DNA from: Bacillota bacterium
Lineage (GTDB): Bacteria > Bacillota > SHA-98 > UBA4971
Reading direction: 5' to 3'
Assembly: GCA_035593725.1 (NCBI GenBank)
Contig: DAOSZN010000011.1
Location: 6,789 to 70,788, forward strand
Length of the DNA: 64,000 nt
Part shown: positions 28,580 through 37,758 of the stretch, one piece after another
Numbering within the stretch: the first letter of the stretch is position 1
Layout of the letters: each line of letters begins with the position of its first letter
Translations under genes and position numbers: made by a program
The notes under the pieces: generated by a model
Told to the model about the DNA's origin: nothing
Seen by the model: only the letters and a program-made list of their open reading frames with translations
The model's database searches: none

Positions 28580-28640
28580 AAATTGTGCCCTCCATAGTCA
28601 CAGTTATGCACAACCGTAGCCTTCCTCGAATTCAGGGAGC

Positions 28641-29690
28641 CTAGTCGCGTACCTGTACTTTGGCGATAGCTTTTTGATGTTCTTTAAAGGTTCTGGTGAA
28701 AACATGCCCGCCTTTTTGATCCGCGGCAAAGAAAAGATAATCTGAAGTTGCAGGTCGGAGCGCTGCACGCACTGAAGACAACCCCGGAGAGGCGATAGGG
28801 CCGGGGGGAAGTCCGGGAACGACATAAGTATTGTACGGCGAGTCTATCTTGAGGTCATCAAGTGAGAGTCGCGTCTTCCATGAGCCCAGAGCGAACTGGA
28901 CCGTAGCGCAAGATTGCAGCGGCATACCCACCTTTAACCTATTATAGAATACAGAGGCCACCAGAGGCCTGTCTTCAGCCAGCTTCGCCTCCTTCTCTAT
29001 TATAGACGCAAGGGTGACAACTCCGTGAAGACCCAGCGCCCTCGCCTTTTCATCCACATCATCCTGTGACCATTCAGGTAGGACCGCTTGAGCAAACCCC
29101 TTGACCATTACGGTAATAATCGCTTCTTCAGTGATCCCGGATTCCACCGTATATGTGTTTGGGAATAAGTATCCTTCGAGATTGCCTGAGAACTCCGTAT
29201 CCCCTTCCACTACTTTGAAATCGCTGTCTCCTCCGGTAGCTAAATAAAGAAAACGCTCCTTTGACGCAAGGCCTTTCGCCTCGAGGATGTCAGCGATCTC
29301 CTTTATACAGACCCCTTCCGGAATCGTAAATCGTATGAGTTCGACCTTACCTTGGGCTAAAGCCTGCACAATACCGATAGTACCCATCCTCGGACTGAGC
29401 TTATATGTGCCTGCCTTAAGCTTATTGTCGACTTGTGCAAGCTTAGTTACCGCTTGAAAGAGAGCAGATGATTGAATGAGCTCAGCGTCAGCCAGAAGCC
29501 TTGAGATTTCTTTTGAGCTCATTCCGGGATTGATGGAGACTATGATTTCATGTGCGGGGCCGTAAGGAAGCAACAAAAAAATGACCCAAAGTACAAGACA
29601 TATAAGAACACCCAGTAGGATCCTTGCTTCGAGGCCCCGCCATGCTATCGTGCTTTGCTGAGGTCTGTTGGGACCCAGTTCACCTGACAC
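28641..29690 (-). CDS. mltG: Endolytic murein transglycosylase MltG (YceG-like)
   Basis: YceG family core including YLFFAADQKGGHVF; N-terminal TM. Confidence 0.9.
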   Translation of the reverse strand: MSGELGPNRPQQSTIAWRGLEARILLGVLICLVLWVIFLLLPYGPAHEIIVSINPGMSSKEISRLLADAELIQSSALFQAVTKLAQVDNKLKAGTYKLSPRMGTIGIVQALAQGKVELIRFTIPEGVCIKEIADILEAKGLASKERFLYLATGGDSDFKVVEGDTEFSGNLEGYLFPNTYTVESGITEEAIITVMVKGFAQAVLPEWSQDDVDEKARALGLHGVVTLASIIEKEAKLAEDRPLVASVFYNRLKVGMPLQSCATVQFALGSWKTRLSLDDLKIDSPYNTYVVPGLPPGPIASPGLSSVRAALRPATSDYLFFAADQKGGHVFTRTFKEHQKAIAKVQVRD

Positions 29691-29696
29691 CTATAT

Positions 29697-29830
29697 CTAT
29701 TCCTCGTCGTCAATATCCTCATCAAAATCGTCGTCAAAGTCAAGGTCGTCATCATCAAAGTCATCATCAAAATCGTCGTCAAACTCTTCATCAAAATCAA
29801 TGTCATCTTCGTCTTCGCAAAGGACTTGAG
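29697..29830 (-). repeat. In-frame low-complexity coding repeat (GAY/TTY codons) encoding the Asp/Phe tail of the DUF1292 protein
   Basis: Repeated gtcgtcaaa / gtcatcatcaaa units on the plus strand encoding FDDD/FDEE. Confidence 0.5.
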
Positions 29831-30077
29831 TTACCTTTTCGTATTCCTCATCATCGAGTTCGACCAGGACTTCTTCCCCGTCTTCCTTTTCTTCCACCTT
29901 GAAGATAAAGGCGTCAACTTCCATGTCATCAGAAGCCTCAGTATCAACTTCTTCGGACACAAGAACCACATAAGTCTTCCCGTCTACTTCAAGGATTTCT
30001 TCAACAGTAAAGGTCTCCTGTTCTCCGTCGTCGTAAATCAATGTAACAATCTCATCCAACTCGGGCATTTCAAGCAC
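29697..30077 (-). CDS. DUF1292 (YrzB-like) protein with extreme acidic Asp/Phe-rich C-terminal tail
   Basis: N-terminal IVTLIYDDGEQETFTVEEILEVDGKTYVVL is the DUF1292 core; conserved slot between ruvX and mltG; 45-aa tail DDIDFDEEFDDDFDDDFDDDDLDFDDDFDEDIDDEE. Confidence 0.75.
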   Translation of the reverse strand: MLEMPELDEIVTLIYDDGEQETFTVEEILEVDGKTYVVLVSEEVDTEASDDMEVDAFIFKVEEKEDGEEVLVELDDEEYEKVTQVLCEDEDDIDFDEEFDDDFDDDFDDDDLDFDDDFDEDIDDEE

Positions 30078-30101
30078 CCCACTTTCACTTCATCAATAGA
30101 A

Positions 30102-30617
30102 CTAGGCATATTCTCCCGGTTTGATTTCTTCCTCAGCTCTTCTATTCTTCGCTATGTTTTCCATAGGAAACCCCTTTGATTCGCAGCCTGAAGAAATATC
30201 GCACTGCTGCTTAAGACGGTCTAAGTAACCATCAAGGATTATCGCAGCGGCAACTGAGTCTATCACACCTTTTCGCTTCTGTCGAGATACATCCGCAGAA
30301 ATTAAGGCCCGTTCCGCTTCTGTTGTAGAAAACCTTTCATCCCACATAACTATAGGCACAGAAACATGCTTCTTCAGCTTTTCTGTAAATTCCATGACGT
30401 AGACAGCGCTCTTACCCAATGACCCGTCAGTATTCATTGGTAGGCCGACAACGATGAGAGATACCTCCTCATCGTTCACTATTTGACACAATTGATCAAT
30501 ATCATGCCGGCTTCCTATCCTCTTGATTACCGAAAACGGCTGGCTGATAATGCGTGCAGGGTCAGAAAGCGCAACCCCTATAGTTTTTGAGCCAACATCA
30601 AGGCCCATTATTCTCAT
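30102..30617 (-). CDS. ruvX: Holliday junction resolvase-like nuclease RuvX (YqgF)
   Basis: MRIMGLDVGSKTIGVALSD RNase H-like motif; ATG at 30617 after GAAGGTGG preferred; about 30 aa C-terminal extension. Confidence 0.88.
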   Translation of the reverse strand: MRIMGLDVGSKTIGVALSDPARIISQPFSVIKRIGSRHDIDQLCQIVNDEEVSLIVVGLPMNTDGSLGKSAVYVMEFTEKLKKHVSVPIVMWDERFSTTEAERALISADVSRQKRKGVIDSVAAAIILDGYLDRLKQQCDISSGCESKGFPMENIAKNRRAEEEIKPGEYA

Positions 30618-30622
30618 ACGGG

Positions 30623-31582
30623 TCAAACCACCTTCATACATACCTCAGGACAGACTGCCTGACAATAGCCGCACAGCACGCACTTTGCCTTATCAACTAC
30701 AGCACGGCCTGAAACAACGCTAAGTGCCCCATGACTGCATTTTTTGACACACTCACCACAGCCTATGCACCATGGTTCAATTAGCAGGGCTTTGTCGAGA
30801 CAGGTTCTCTCACGGAGGGCTTTATCAGGTTCTCGCCCTTCAAATATGGCTAAGTCCATCTCCAGCTCATCCAGGGTTTTAATGCCAACGGCAATTGAAT
30901 CCACACATGGCTGTTCTATAGCGAATTTCAGCGCTCCCTCTACATTGTGGAGCAAGGCCCCGCCACCGATGGCTTTCATAGAGTATATGCCTTTTCCTTG
31001 CGAGTGAGCCATTTCAATTGCCTGAAGCATATGAGAAACTGTACCATCAGCAATCCCTATTCCTGAATAATTCAGCAAAGGATGAATAACATCAATTTCA
31101 GGCATGCCCAGAGCTGCTTCTACGCACTGAATATAGTGAGTTGATACCCCGATTGCCCTGATTATTCCTCTGTCCCGGGCATCTTCCAAGTAACGAAGAG
31201 CTTCTCTATGGCCTTTTAATGTCAAAGCTGATTCCTGTTCATGTAGCAGGAACAAGTCCAGGTAATCGATGTTCATAGACCTAAGAGCAAACTCCACCGA
31301 TTTCTTCATGCTCTCATATGTGTAATCGTAAGATCGGGATGCAATTACGATATCACTACGATTCATGCCTGAGATTGCCTCACGAATATACGGATATGTA
31401 CCGTATAGCTCTGCTGTGTCAAGGAAGTTTACGCCTCTTTCAATAGCGGCGCGAATCAAAGAAGCTCCTTCCTGAATCGGAAGATTCGCCTGAAGAGGCC
31501 CGATTGTCAGAGTCCCGAAGCAAAGCCTTGATACTGGAATATTCGTCCCGCCAAGCAACCTCATCTCAATACAGTGCGTCAT
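30623..31582 (-). CDS. Aldo/keto reductase fused to a C-terminal 2x[4Fe-4S] ferredoxin domain
   Basis: AKR TIM-barrel N-terminus ([11 protein letters not shown]...[12 protein letters not shown]); C-terminal [11 protein letters not shown] ... [12 protein letters not shown]; ATGA overlap with ireB stop, overlaps ruvX start. Confidence 0.85.
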   Translation of the reverse strand: MTHCIEMRLLGGTNIPVSRLCFGTLTIGPLQANLPIQEGASLIRAAIERGVNFLDTAELYGTYPYIREAISGMNRSDIVIASRSYDYTYESMKKSVEFALRSMNIDYLDLFLLHEQESALTLKGHREALRYLEDARDRGIIRAIGVSTHYIQCVEAALGMPEIDVIHPLLNYSGIGIADGTVSHMLQAIEMAHSQGKGIYSMKAIGGGALLHNVEGALKFAIEQPCVDSIAVGIKTLDELEMDLAIFEGREPDKALRERTCLDKALLIEPWCIGCGECVKKCSHGALSVVSGRAVVDKAKCVLCGYCQAVCPEVCMKVV

Positions 31583-31833
31583 ATGCCCAGATAGTACCTA
31601 ATAAGCTCCTCCAGAATCTCGTCGCGTTCGAGTCTGCGTATCAGGTTACGGGCGCCTTTATGACTGGTGACATATGTAGGATCCCCTGACATCAAGTACC
31701 CTACAAGTTGATTCACAGGATTGTACCCTTTCTCCTTCAACGCATGACTCACCTCAAGGAGAACTTCTCTTATGCTAACCTTATCCTCCGGAACAATGCG
31801 GAACGTCCGGGTTTCATCGAAAGACCCATTCAT
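31579..31833 (-). CDS. ireB: UPF0297/IreB-family protein (YrzL-like, DUF965)
   Basis: 84 aa; [44 protein letters not shown] matches UPF0297; conserved just downstream of alaS. Confidence 0.8.
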   Translation of the reverse strand: MNGSFDETRTFRIVPEDKVSIREVLLEVSHALKEKGYNPVNQLVGYLMSGDPTYVTSHKGARNLIRRLERDEILEELIRYYLGI

Positions 31834-31883
31834 TACGGCCTCACGCTCCCGACGCTATGTTTGCCTGGGGTCGTCGTTGAAGG

Positions 31884-34559
31884 CTAGCGCGTCTGTTTGC
31901 CCAATGCCAGCCGACTCTCTACGAAAGATCTGGTTTGTCCGAGGGCTTCATCAAGTTTTGATACATCTTTGCCTCCCGCTTGAGCCATATCAGGCCTTCC
32001 CCCGCCTCCCCCGCCGGTTATTTTCGCGGCAACCTTCACAATATCTCCTGAGCGGACCCCTTGCTCTATCAGATCTTTTGTGACCATAGCCACAAATAAC
32101 GCTCTCTCATCGAAGCGAGATCCTAATACCACGACACCTGAATCCATGCTTCCCCTTATTCTGTCAGCCAGTTCTCGAATGGCATGTTCATCCAGGCCGT
32201 CTACTCTTCCTACGACCACCTTGGCGCCATTGACTTCGACTGCCTGATTAATCAGATCATGGGCTTTGGATGACACTGCTTTCAACGTTAGGCCCTTGAT
32301 TTCCTTCTCCAGCTCTTTTAGGTCTCGCTGCATCCTCAACACTCTATCGGGAATCTCCTCACGAACGCACTTGAGAATTCCGGTGGTATCGTTAAGGATT
32401 CCTTCATTAGACCTTATATAGGCAAGAACACCGGTACCTGTTACGGCTTCAATACGACGAATACCTGCTGCGACAGGGCTTTCTGATATAATCTTCACAA
32501 GGCCGATTTGGCCTGTGCGCTGTACGTGTGTGCCACCGCAAAACTCAGCGCTGACATCATCAATCCGGACTACTCTCACGTTGCTGCCATATTTCTCTCC
32601 AAATAAGGCTATTGCACCGATTTTGCGGGCCTCCGAAATAGGCATTGTCTCGGCTTTAACGTTTAGATCGTCCAAAACCCACTTGGTAACCATGTTTTCG
32701 ACCTTGCAAAGCTCGCTGTCACTGACAGGAGAATGGTGCGAGAAATCAAACCTCAATCTGTCATGGGATACATATGAACCCGCCTGCAAGACATGGTCCC
32801 CTAGGACGCTCCTAAGCGCCGCGTGAAGAAGATGCGTAGCTGTATGGTTCCTGGCCGTAGCACACCTTACGGTTTCATCGACTGAAGCCTTAACTTTATC
32901 TCCTACGTTGATATCTCCTTCGAGGATTGTAACATCATGCACAAGCACAGAATCAGAAACCCTAACTGTATTATTGACTCTCGCGCTAAAGCTGTTCCCT
33001 GTAATCGTTCCGGAATCGCCGACCTGTCCCCCGCCTTCAGCATAAAACGGAGTGAAGTCAAGGACGATCTCCCCGTGTTGGCCGGATGATATGTGTCCGA
33101 CAGGTTCGCCTTCAGAAAATATCGCGATTACCGTGGATTCGCCGGTCAAGGTCTCATACCCGATAAACTTGACGTCGAGACCGGACAAGGCTTCTGCTTT
33201 TGCTGTGGATAAGCCCCCCATGTACCCCAGGGCCTGCCTGGAAGCTCTGGCGCGCTCTCGCTGTTCATCCATTGCCTCAGCAAAACCTGCCTCGTCCACG
33301 GTCATGCCGCTTTCCCCTGCAATTTCCCTTGTGAGTTCAAGGGGAAACCCATAAGTATCATAGAGCTTGAACGCCTTCGAGCCTGGGACTTGTGATAACC
33401 CTTTGTCCTCCAGCTCTCGAACTATGTCTTGGAGCATAGTTGTGCCTTGATCGAGACGTTCCAGGAACCGTTCTTCTTCAGAACCAATGACCTTATGAAT
33501 ATGGTCTCTTCTTGCGACAAGCTCAGGATAAGCATGAGAAAACACGGATGAGGCCACATCAGCCATCTCGACCATGAAAGGCCTGTCAATGCCGAGTAAT
33601 TTTCCATGTCGAATCGCTCTCCGGAGCAACCTGCGCAACACATACCCTCTGCCTTCATTAGCAGGGAGAACACCGTCAGCTATGAGGAACATCACAGCGC
33701 GGACATGATCCGCCACTATTCTTAAGGAGGCATTCTCTTTACGGTCCAGTTGACGGCTTATTCCTGCAGCGTCCAGAACTGCTTTGGTGATAGGTCGGAA
33801 GGAATCAGTGTCAAAAACACTGGACGCCCCTTGCATGACTGCTGCAATGCGTTCAAGACCCATCCCGGTGTCGATCCCTTTTCTCTCAAGGGGACGATAC
33901 TCGCCTTTCTCGTTGCAGTAAAACTGGATAAAAACAAGGTTCCAGATCTCCATAAATCTGTCACAATCGCAACCAAGCATGCAGTCAGGTTGCCCGCAAC
34001 CGAAAGCTTCGCCTCGGTCGACGTAAATTTCGGAGCACGGGCCACACGGACCGACTCCGATTTCCCAGAAGTTATCCGGTTTGCCAAATCGCACTATGCG
34101 CTCGGCCGGCACTCCGATTAGTCTGTTCCAGATGTCAAAAGCCTCGTCATCATCAAGGTATATGGTAATCCAAAGTTTATCTTCAGGTAAGCCTAAATGG
34201 GTTGTGACAAACTCCCATGCCCAGGTAATGGCATCCTTCTTAAAGTAGTCTCCGAAGGAAAAGTTTCCGAGCATTTCAAAAAATGTAAGGTGTCGTGAGG
34301 TTATGCCTACATTTTCTATGTCCAATGTCCTTATGCATTTCTGACAAGTAGTCGCCCGAAGGTGTTCCGGCTTGGCAGTACCCATATAATATGGCTTAAA
34401 AGGAACCATACCTGCACCTGTGAGAAGAAGTGTCGGGTCATTTCTGGGAATCAAAGAAGCAGACGGCAAGGAAACATGATCCTTGCTGACGAAAAAATCT
34501 CTGAACATATCTCGAATTTCACGAGTGCTGAATGCACGTACGCCTAAGCCTTCTTGCAC
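31884..34559 (-). CDS. alaS: Alanine--tRNA ligase
   Basis: 891 aa; class II core, editing domain (HxxxH/CxxxH) and C-terminal DHHA1; GTG start 9 nt after AGGAGG. Confidence 0.95.
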   Translation of the reverse strand: MQEGLGVRAFSTREIRDMFRDFFVSKDHVSLPSASLIPRNDPTLLLTGAGMVPFKPYYMGTAKPEHLRATTCQKCIRTLDIENVGITSRHLTFFEMLGNFSFGDYFKKDAITWAWEFVTTHLGLPEDKLWITIYLDDDEAFDIWNRLIGVPAERIVRFGKPDNFWEIGVGPCGPCSEIYVDRGEAFGCGQPDCMLGCDCDRFMEIWNLVFIQFYCNEKGEYRPLERKGIDTGMGLERIAAVMQGASSVFDTDSFRPITKAVLDAAGISRQLDRKENASLRIVADHVRAVMFLIADGVLPANEGRGYVLRRLLRRAIRHGKLLGIDRPFMVEMADVASSVFSHAYPELVARRDHIHKVIGSEEERFLERLDQGTTMLQDIVRELEDKGLSQVPGSKAFKLYDTYGFPLELTREIAGESGMTVDEAGFAEAMDEQRERARASRQALGYMGGLSTAKAEALSGLDVKFIGYETLTGESTVIAIFSEGEPVGHISSGQHGEIVLDFTPFYAEGGGQVGDSGTITGNSFSARVNNTVRVSDSVLVHDVTILEGDINVGDKVKASVDETVRCATARNHTATHLLHAALRSVLGDHVLQAGSYVSHDRLRFDFSHHSPVSDSELCKVENMVTKWVLDDLNVKAETMPISEARKIGAIALFGEKYGSNVRVVRIDDVSAEFCGGTHVQRTGQIGLVKIISESPVAAGIRRIEAVTGTGVLAYIRSNEGILNDTTGILKCVREEIPDRVLRMQRDLKELEKEIKGLTLKAVSSKAHDLINQAVEVNGAKVVVGRVDGLDEHAIRELADRIRGSMDSGVVVLGSRFDERALFVAMVTKDLIEQGVRSGDIVKVAAKITGGGGGGRPDMAQAGGKDVSKLDEALGQTRSFVESRLALGKQTR

Positions 34560-34749
34560 CGACTATTGCCTCCTAATTCAGTACTTTCAGAAACTCACTA
34601 TGCTACTTGCTTCTTGCGCTGCAGTGTTACCCAGTTTTCGTTGGCAAATACGAGTTGAGTCTTTGGCTCTCGGCAAACCCTGTATGGCAAAAAGCAGCGC
34701 GCATTTGCGGTAGACTATCCAATGCCACATTTCGCTATGAGATACTAAT

Positions 34750-34778
34750 ATCATAGCGTGTACCCTAATAGGTGTCAA
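34750..34778 (-). promoter_or_regulatory. Sigma-A type promoter for alaS: TTGACA-N17-TATGAT (minus-strand reading)
   Basis: Perfect -35 TTGACA (34778..34773) and near-consensus -10 TATGAT (34755..34750) with 17-nt spacer, about 190 nt upstream of the alaS GTG. Confidence 0.5.
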
Positions 34779-34818
34779 CGAGAATCCCTGAAGCTTTCGG
34801 CCGTTCTACCGGAGAATT

Positions 34819-35781
34819 CTACTGCAGAAGCTTATTATGGATGTATCTTAAGGTAACTTTGACAATGGAACTAACCGGCACAGCCAAGATTACCCCTGGG
34901 AATCCGAAGAGATAACCTCCTGAAACTATCGAGAAAATGACGGTTACAGGATGCAATCCCACATGCTCGCCAAGGATCTTGGGACTTATGATACTGCTTT
35001 CCACCTGGTTAACGACAACAAAGAGGATCACAACGTAGACAGCACTAAGGGGGGATTTTAGAAGTGCAAAGACAACTGCCGGAACCGCTCCTATGACAGG
35101 CCCGAAGTAAGGCACTATGTTGAAGATTCCTGCGATAAGTCCGATGAGCAGTGCAAAATCCACGCCAATGACAGATAACCCGGTTGCAATAAGGATTCCG
35201 ACAACCGCCGAGACAAGCAATTGACCTCGAATAAACGACCCCAGGCTGTTATCCATTTCAATCATGAGTCCCACTATGTCGCTGCGCCACCTATCCGGTA
35301 TCCATGAGAGAAGCCACATCTTCAGCTCAGGGAAATCCATTGTCAGGTAAAAGGCCAGCACAGGAACGAGTATGAGTAAGCTTAGTTTTGGCAGAAACCG
35401 GGGGATTGAACCAAGAGTTCCTTCAACAAAACCTGCCAGGGTCTGTTCCGCCCTCTCAATCCCGTTATCGATTGCGCCTTTAATAGGTTCCGGAACACTA
35501 ACCCTTGTGAACCTCTTATAGAATCCGGCAATCTGCGACTGTATACTCTCTACCTGCTGAGGGAGGATTTCCGCAAGGCGCTCCAGTTGGACTAGGAATC
35601 TTGGGACCAAGTATAAGAAAAGCAGTGCTACAGCAAGGGTAAACCCTACGTATATAACGAGGGTTCCTAACCCGCGTGGCGCACCACGTTTTTCCAGATA
35701 TGTGACAACCGGGTTCATTAGGTATGACAATGCAAAAGCCAGGAGAAACGGAGCAAGCACACCCCTGACCCTATACAGCAA
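34819..35781 (-). CDS. AI-2E family transporter (UPF0118/PerM-like)
   Basis: Eight-TM topology and AI-2E-type conserved blocks. Confidence 0.85.
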   Translation of the reverse strand: MLYRVRGVLAPFLLAFALSYLMNPVVTYLEKRGAPRGLGTLVIYVGFTLAVALLFLYLVPRFLVQLERLAEILPQQVESIQSQIAGFYKRFTRVSVPEPIKGAIDNGIERAEQTLAGFVEGTLGSIPRFLPKLSLLILVPVLAFYLTMDFPELKMWLLSWIPDRWRSDIVGLMIEMDNSLGSFIRGQLLVSAVVGILIATGLSVIGVDFALLIGLIAGIFNIVPYFGPVIGAVPAVVFALLKSPLSAVYVVILFVVVNQVESSIISPKILGEHVGLHPVTVIFSIVSGGYLFGFPGVILAVPVSSIVKVTLRYIHNKLLQ

Positions 35782-35870
35782 AAGCAGGGCGGCTACTGAC
35801 AGAAAGACAGTGAAAAGATAAGATCGTCCTGGGCGATAACGGGAATTCTCTCCGGGGTGTTCACCTACAA

Positions 35871-36131
35871 CTAGTCCACTCCTCCTATGTTAAGACGATT
35901 CGGCAATGCTTGTATGGTCCGGCCTGCACGCACTAGTTCTTTCTCGATGTCCTTCGCAAAACGGTTAGTGGTTTTCATAATTTCCTTTATCATGTTGCCT
36001 GCTATTTCCTCGGCTTGCGAATTATTCGCCGTGAGCTTTGTACGGCTCTTCTTCGATTTTCTATAAAGATAGACGCCTACTGCAGTTCCTGCTGCAGTCC
36101 CTGTAAGCACAGTCTTCCAGAATCTATTCAT
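35871..36131 (-). CDS. YtxH-like (DUF948) small membrane-anchored protein
   Basis: N-terminal TM (VLTGTAAGTAVGVYLY) then charged helical region; ATG at 36131 after GGGAGG. Confidence 0.4.
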   Translation of the reverse strand: MNRFWKTVLTGTAAGTAVGVYLYRKSKKSRTKLTANNSQAEEIAGNMIKEIMKTTNRFAKDIEKELVRAGRTIQALPNRLNIGGVD

Positions 36132-36193
36132 AAGAGTCGCCTCCCGAATGCTCATGTGTAAAAGTATACTTAGTATTGCCACCATGCAAAAAA

Positions 36194-37267
36194 TTAGACG
36201 ATGATTCCGCCTCCTATGACAACATCGTCATCATAAAATACCGCGGATTGTCCCGGAGTTATCGCTCTCTGTGGCTTATCAAAGATAACTTTTGCCATAT
36301 CTCGGCTCTTTGGCAAGATTAAACCAGGCTCCTCTTTTGCATTGTATCGAATCTTAATGCCTAAGCGCATTCTGTGACGAGGATCCGGATTTATAATCCA
36401 ATTCACGTCATGCACCTCAAATTCCCGGGATAACAGGTCCTTCTCTTCTCCCACAATAAGTGCGTTCCTGGACACATCAATCTCAGTTACGTACAGTCTC
36501 TTAGTCCCGGGAATCCCAATGCCTTTTCTTTGGCCGACGGTGTAAAAAGGCAATCCTCTGTGTTCACCAAGGATACGCCCGCTTTTGTCCAAAATCGGTC
36601 CAGGCTCAATTACCATATTCTGATACTTCTTGAGGAACTCTCGATAGTCAGTTCCGGAAAGAAAGCATATCTCTTGACTTTCATCCTTATTTGCCACAGG
36701 AATACTTGCTTCAGACGCGGCCTCCCGAACCTGTCCTTTGGTGAGTTCACCTAACGGGAAGAATGTGGAGGCAAGGTCATGCTGGGTCAGGCGGTAGAGC
36801 ACATATGACTGATCCTTAGTGTCGTCTTTTCCTTTCTTGAGCAGAAACCTGCCTGTAGAAGGGTCAATGGATATCCTAGCATAATGGCCGGTAGCGACAT
36901 ATTCGACCTCTAACTTGCGCCTTATGTCTTGGAGGTAGCGAAACTTGATTTCGGCATTACACCGGACGCAGGGATTCGGCGTGCGCCCCTGAGAGTATTC
37001 GTCCACAAGATAGCTGACTATTTCCTTCCGGAAACTGTCTGAAACATCGACTATGTGATGAGGGATATCCAAAAACTCGGCCACAGCTTTAGCGTCCTTT
37101 GAAAGGAAGTCATCCCACATTTTCAGGGTAACACCGATTACATGAAATCCTTTCGATTTTAGAATCAGAGCAGCGACAGAACTGTCAACTCCTCCGCTTA
37201 TCGCTACAAGCACCCGCGTTCCCGGGCCATTGCATCTCATATCCTTCAGTCCTGCACAGTGATGCAT
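36194..37267 (-). CDS. mnmA: tRNA-specific 2-thiouridylase MnmA
   Basis: PP-loop VAISGGVDSSVAA, catalytic Cys, C-terminal barrel; iscS-iscU-mnmA synteny. Confidence 0.92.
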   Translation of the reverse strand: MHHCAGLKDMRCNGPGTRVLVAISGGVDSSVAALILKSKGFHVIGVTLKMWDDFLSKDAKAVAEFLDIPHHIVDVSDSFRKEIVSYLVDEYSQGRTPNPCVRCNAEIKFRYLQDIRRKLEVEYVATGHYARISIDPSTGRFLLKKGKDDTKDQSYVLYRLTQHDLASTFFPLGELTKGQVREAASEASIPVANKDESQEICFLSGTDYREFLKKYQNMVIEPGPILDKSGRILGEHRGLPFYTVGQRKGIGIPGTKRLYVTEIDVSRNALIVGEEKDLLSREFEVHDVNWIINPDPRHRMRLGIKIRYNAKEEPGLILPKSRDMAKVIFDKPQRAITPGQSAVFYDDDVVIGGGIIV

Positions 37268-37270
37268 GGC

Positions 37271-37678
37271 TTATGAAGCTTCACCGCCTGCTTCATTGTC
37301 AGGTACGCTCCTCCCCTGCTTCTCCAAGTAGTCTCTGATAGCTTTCCTGAGAGCGTCCGCGCCGAGGTTTGAACAATGCATCTTCTTAGGCGGAAGGCCT
37401 CCCAAAGCATCTGCCACGGCTTTGTTTGAAATCTCAAGGGCTTCTTCTAAGGTTTTCCCCTTTACCATTTCTGTAACCATGCTACTGACTGCTATTGCTG
37501 CACCGCAACCAAATGTCTTAAACTTGGCGTCCTTGATCTTATCGTCCTCGACTTCTATGGTTATCTTCATGACATCCCCACAAATAGGATTGCCTACCAT
37601 TCCTACGCCGTCTGCATCTTCGATTTCCCCGACATTCCTCGGGTTTGTGAAATGATCCATCACCTTGTCTGTATACAT
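37271..37678 (-). CDS. iscU: Fe-S cluster assembly scaffold IscU/NifU
   Basis: NPICGDVM, FGCGAAIA, HCS cluster-ligand motifs. Confidence 0.92.
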   Translation of the reverse strand: MYTDKVMDHFTNPRNVGEIEDADGVGMVGNPICGDVMKITIEVEDDKIKDAKFKTFGCGAAIAVSSMVTEMVKGKTLEEALEISNKAVADALGGLPPKKMHCSNLGADALRKAIRDYLEKQGRSVPDNEAGGEAS

Positions 37679-37758
37679 AGCTTATATCCCCTCCCCTGCA
37701 ACTGATAAAGGGTAGATGAAATTCTGAATTAATGACTCCCAATAGGATGACGCTCTTC

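Noticed and set aside
29624-29902. His/Gln/Arg-rich 92-aa ORF on the plus strand
   Set aside because: Antisense reading of the GAY/TTY acidic-tail repeat of the DUF1292 gene; an artefact of the repeat.
34560-34760. Possible T-box riboswitch in the alaS leader (UAUUAGGGUACACGC partly resembles AAUUAGGGUGGUACCGCG)
   Set aside because: The matching stretch is the promoter spacer, upstream of the likely transcription start. The leader lacks GGUGGNACC and a terminator/antiterminator pair.
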